Both the position numbers and the translations under genes were made by a program. This document shows positions 62,121 through 64,000 of a stretch of DNA of 64,000 bases, piece by piece. The notes below the pieces were generated by a model. That model was given only the letters and a program-made list of their open reading frames with translations, made no database searches and was not told the DNA's origin. Positions within the stretch are counted from its first letter, which is position 1, and each line of letters begins with the position of its first letter. The DNA lies in the NCBI GenBank assembly GCA_013239625.1, contig MU053559.1, forward strand, positions 1,304,001 through 1,368,000. Reading direction: 5' to 3'. This DNA is from Lama guanicoe. Taxonomy: Eukaryota.

Positions 62121-64000
62121 TCAGTTACAGGTTAGACTAGCTATGGAGAAGGCAAAGTTCACCGGGTCCTAGGTCCACTGTGAGGCTCATCCAGTTCAGA
62201 TTTGTGAAGATTATCTTGCTCTTTGGATGTGAGCCTCTAAACTGCTTGCCTTCCTATCAGATGACTACTTCTGGCCCAGTCATCTGTCCAGGATGGCAAG
62301 TGGTACAGAACTCATATGATTAAACCCTAACTCAGGTGGCTCTCTTCAGGGAGAAGCTGAGTAGAAACACTTAGAGAAGGGCCTTGGGGCATCAGGCAAA
62401 GTGACCAAGAGTATGAGCTGTAGAGGCAACCGCACAGGTTCTAGTCCTAATCCTGCTGGATAGTAGCTGTGGAGCCTTGAATAACCGTCTTAACCACTCG
62501 GCCTCAGTTTTCACATGTGTCCAATGGAACAGTATCTTCGTATGATTGTCATGAGATGTGAGTATAAAGTAGTTCACATAAAAGGCTTATTTAACAAAGG
62601 GCCTGATGCAGAACAAGGGCTCAATACGTATTGCCATTCTTACTGATTTGAAGGCTTGACTGGTCCTGAACAAGTTTCCTGGCCTGTCCTACCAAAGGTT
62701 TTGGTCTTCGCTGGCTTCCCTAAGAGACCTAAGTAGCTGTCTTGAAACTGACCTTTAGCCTGGTCTTTTCCAATGTAGTTCTCAGTCCATCTTTGAGGAC
62801 TAGGGGACAAGGACACTGGCACAAATTCTGCCCCAAAGATGCAGAATGCCCCGTTTGATCTTGTTCATGGTTATCCCTGTGGGAAAATCTGACTGAAAAG
62901 ACCAATGAGCGGCCACGGTACTGCGTAATAGCCAACAATAGCCTCGTGAACACCAGCATTGGATTCACCCCTATGGCCACCTTTCTGCAGAGCTGGAGGA
63001 GGGAGCAGGGCAGAATTAACCAGAGATCCTGTCTGGGAAGGTAGAAGAGAAAAAGTTAGGATGAAAGGAAGTCTGTTACCAGAACCCTGGTGCACACGCC
63101 AGGATTATCTGAAGCAGGCTCAAGTGTGTAACTTTTCCCCCCTAAGTAGCTGAAAGATCTAAAATGGTAACTAACTGCCCAACTTTAAGGGTCTTTCTTT
63201 TTTGAGGCCGAGGCGATTAATTCAATGAGATTAGAAATTTCAAAATGTAAGCAATTCTTAGCAGAAAGTTTTTTCACCATGTGAAAAATGACTATAAAAT
63301 AATGAGACCCATTTTTATGTGTGATTCATGGAACCAGCTTTCATTACATCATGGCAATACTTTAGAAAGCAATGTTGACCAAAAGGCGGTTCTGCAAATC
63401 ATTTCCAAATTCAGATAACTTGCTGTAATGAGTACAGCTTAATCAGCCCAATTCCATCTTTCCAGCTTGTTTATAACCAGACATTCAGTTAAAATAAATA
63501 AAATGGAGAAGGTGGGGTGTTAAGAGTAGTCAGGTAAGGAGAGGGAAATGTAAAGCTTGGGGCTTTAAAGCTGGAATTCTCATATCCAAACCCACCTTAA
63601 CATGATGAGAAATGACGGATGCTCTGAGAGTTTTATCAAGATGACTAATGTATTTAAGGAGCATCAGGTCAAAGAACTCATCACTTTCTGGACAAGGCAG
63701 GGGGCACTGGGCTGGGGCTTGGCCTCACCTCCATCCCAGCTCATTTCAAGGACAAACTATCCTCAAGGCTTCAGGTCATACAATTTGTTCCAATCCATGA
63801 AGTAAAATTAACTGAATTCACAGAAGCCTCCTTCAACAGTGATGAGCTGAGTATTAAAGAGCTCCCTGTGTAGGAGTGATGGCCTCAGGGTAGGCCTTTA
63901 TTTATTAACTAAACGTTATTTTTTTTAAAAAATCAATGCACAATTGCTGCTTTCCATAAAACTTGAGAATAGCTGAATTAAGGTTGTAAAAATCTAATAA

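Noticed and set aside
63897..63906. Minus-strand AATAAA as the 3' end of the next syntenic gene (JADE3 in human)
   Set aside because: Plausible by synteny only. No exon is in the window, and AATAAA is common in AT-rich DNA.

Overview
Mammalian X-chromosome DNA, most likely a camelid, judged from about 11 copies of a tRNA-Ala-derived SINE matching the camelid Vic-1 type. It is syntenic with human Xp11.3. It contains the non-coding 5' end of RBM10 (minus strand; identity from recalled 5'UTR similarity and synteny), sharing a CpG-island bidirectional promoter with an intact 3-exon NDUFB11 (plus strand, 154 aa). It also contains an intact regucalcin/SMP30 gene, RGN (minus strand, 6 coding exons, 299 aa). 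Most of the rest is interspersed repeat (L1, L2, MIR, MaLR, ERVL and ERV1 remnants), plus two assembly gaps. No novel intact protein system is supported. The most unusual block is 25.2-29.7 kb: a ~88-bp tandem array, then a one-stranded degenerate TTAGGG tract, then a possible decayed large exon with a 27-bp repeat. It lies in the RGN-NDUFB11 interval that I recall as the junction between the X-added and X-conserved regions. Other points of interest are an orphan promoter-like island at 14.2-14.6 kb and several splicing oddities in NDUFB11 and RGN. Repeat boundaries and subfamily names are by eye and approximate.
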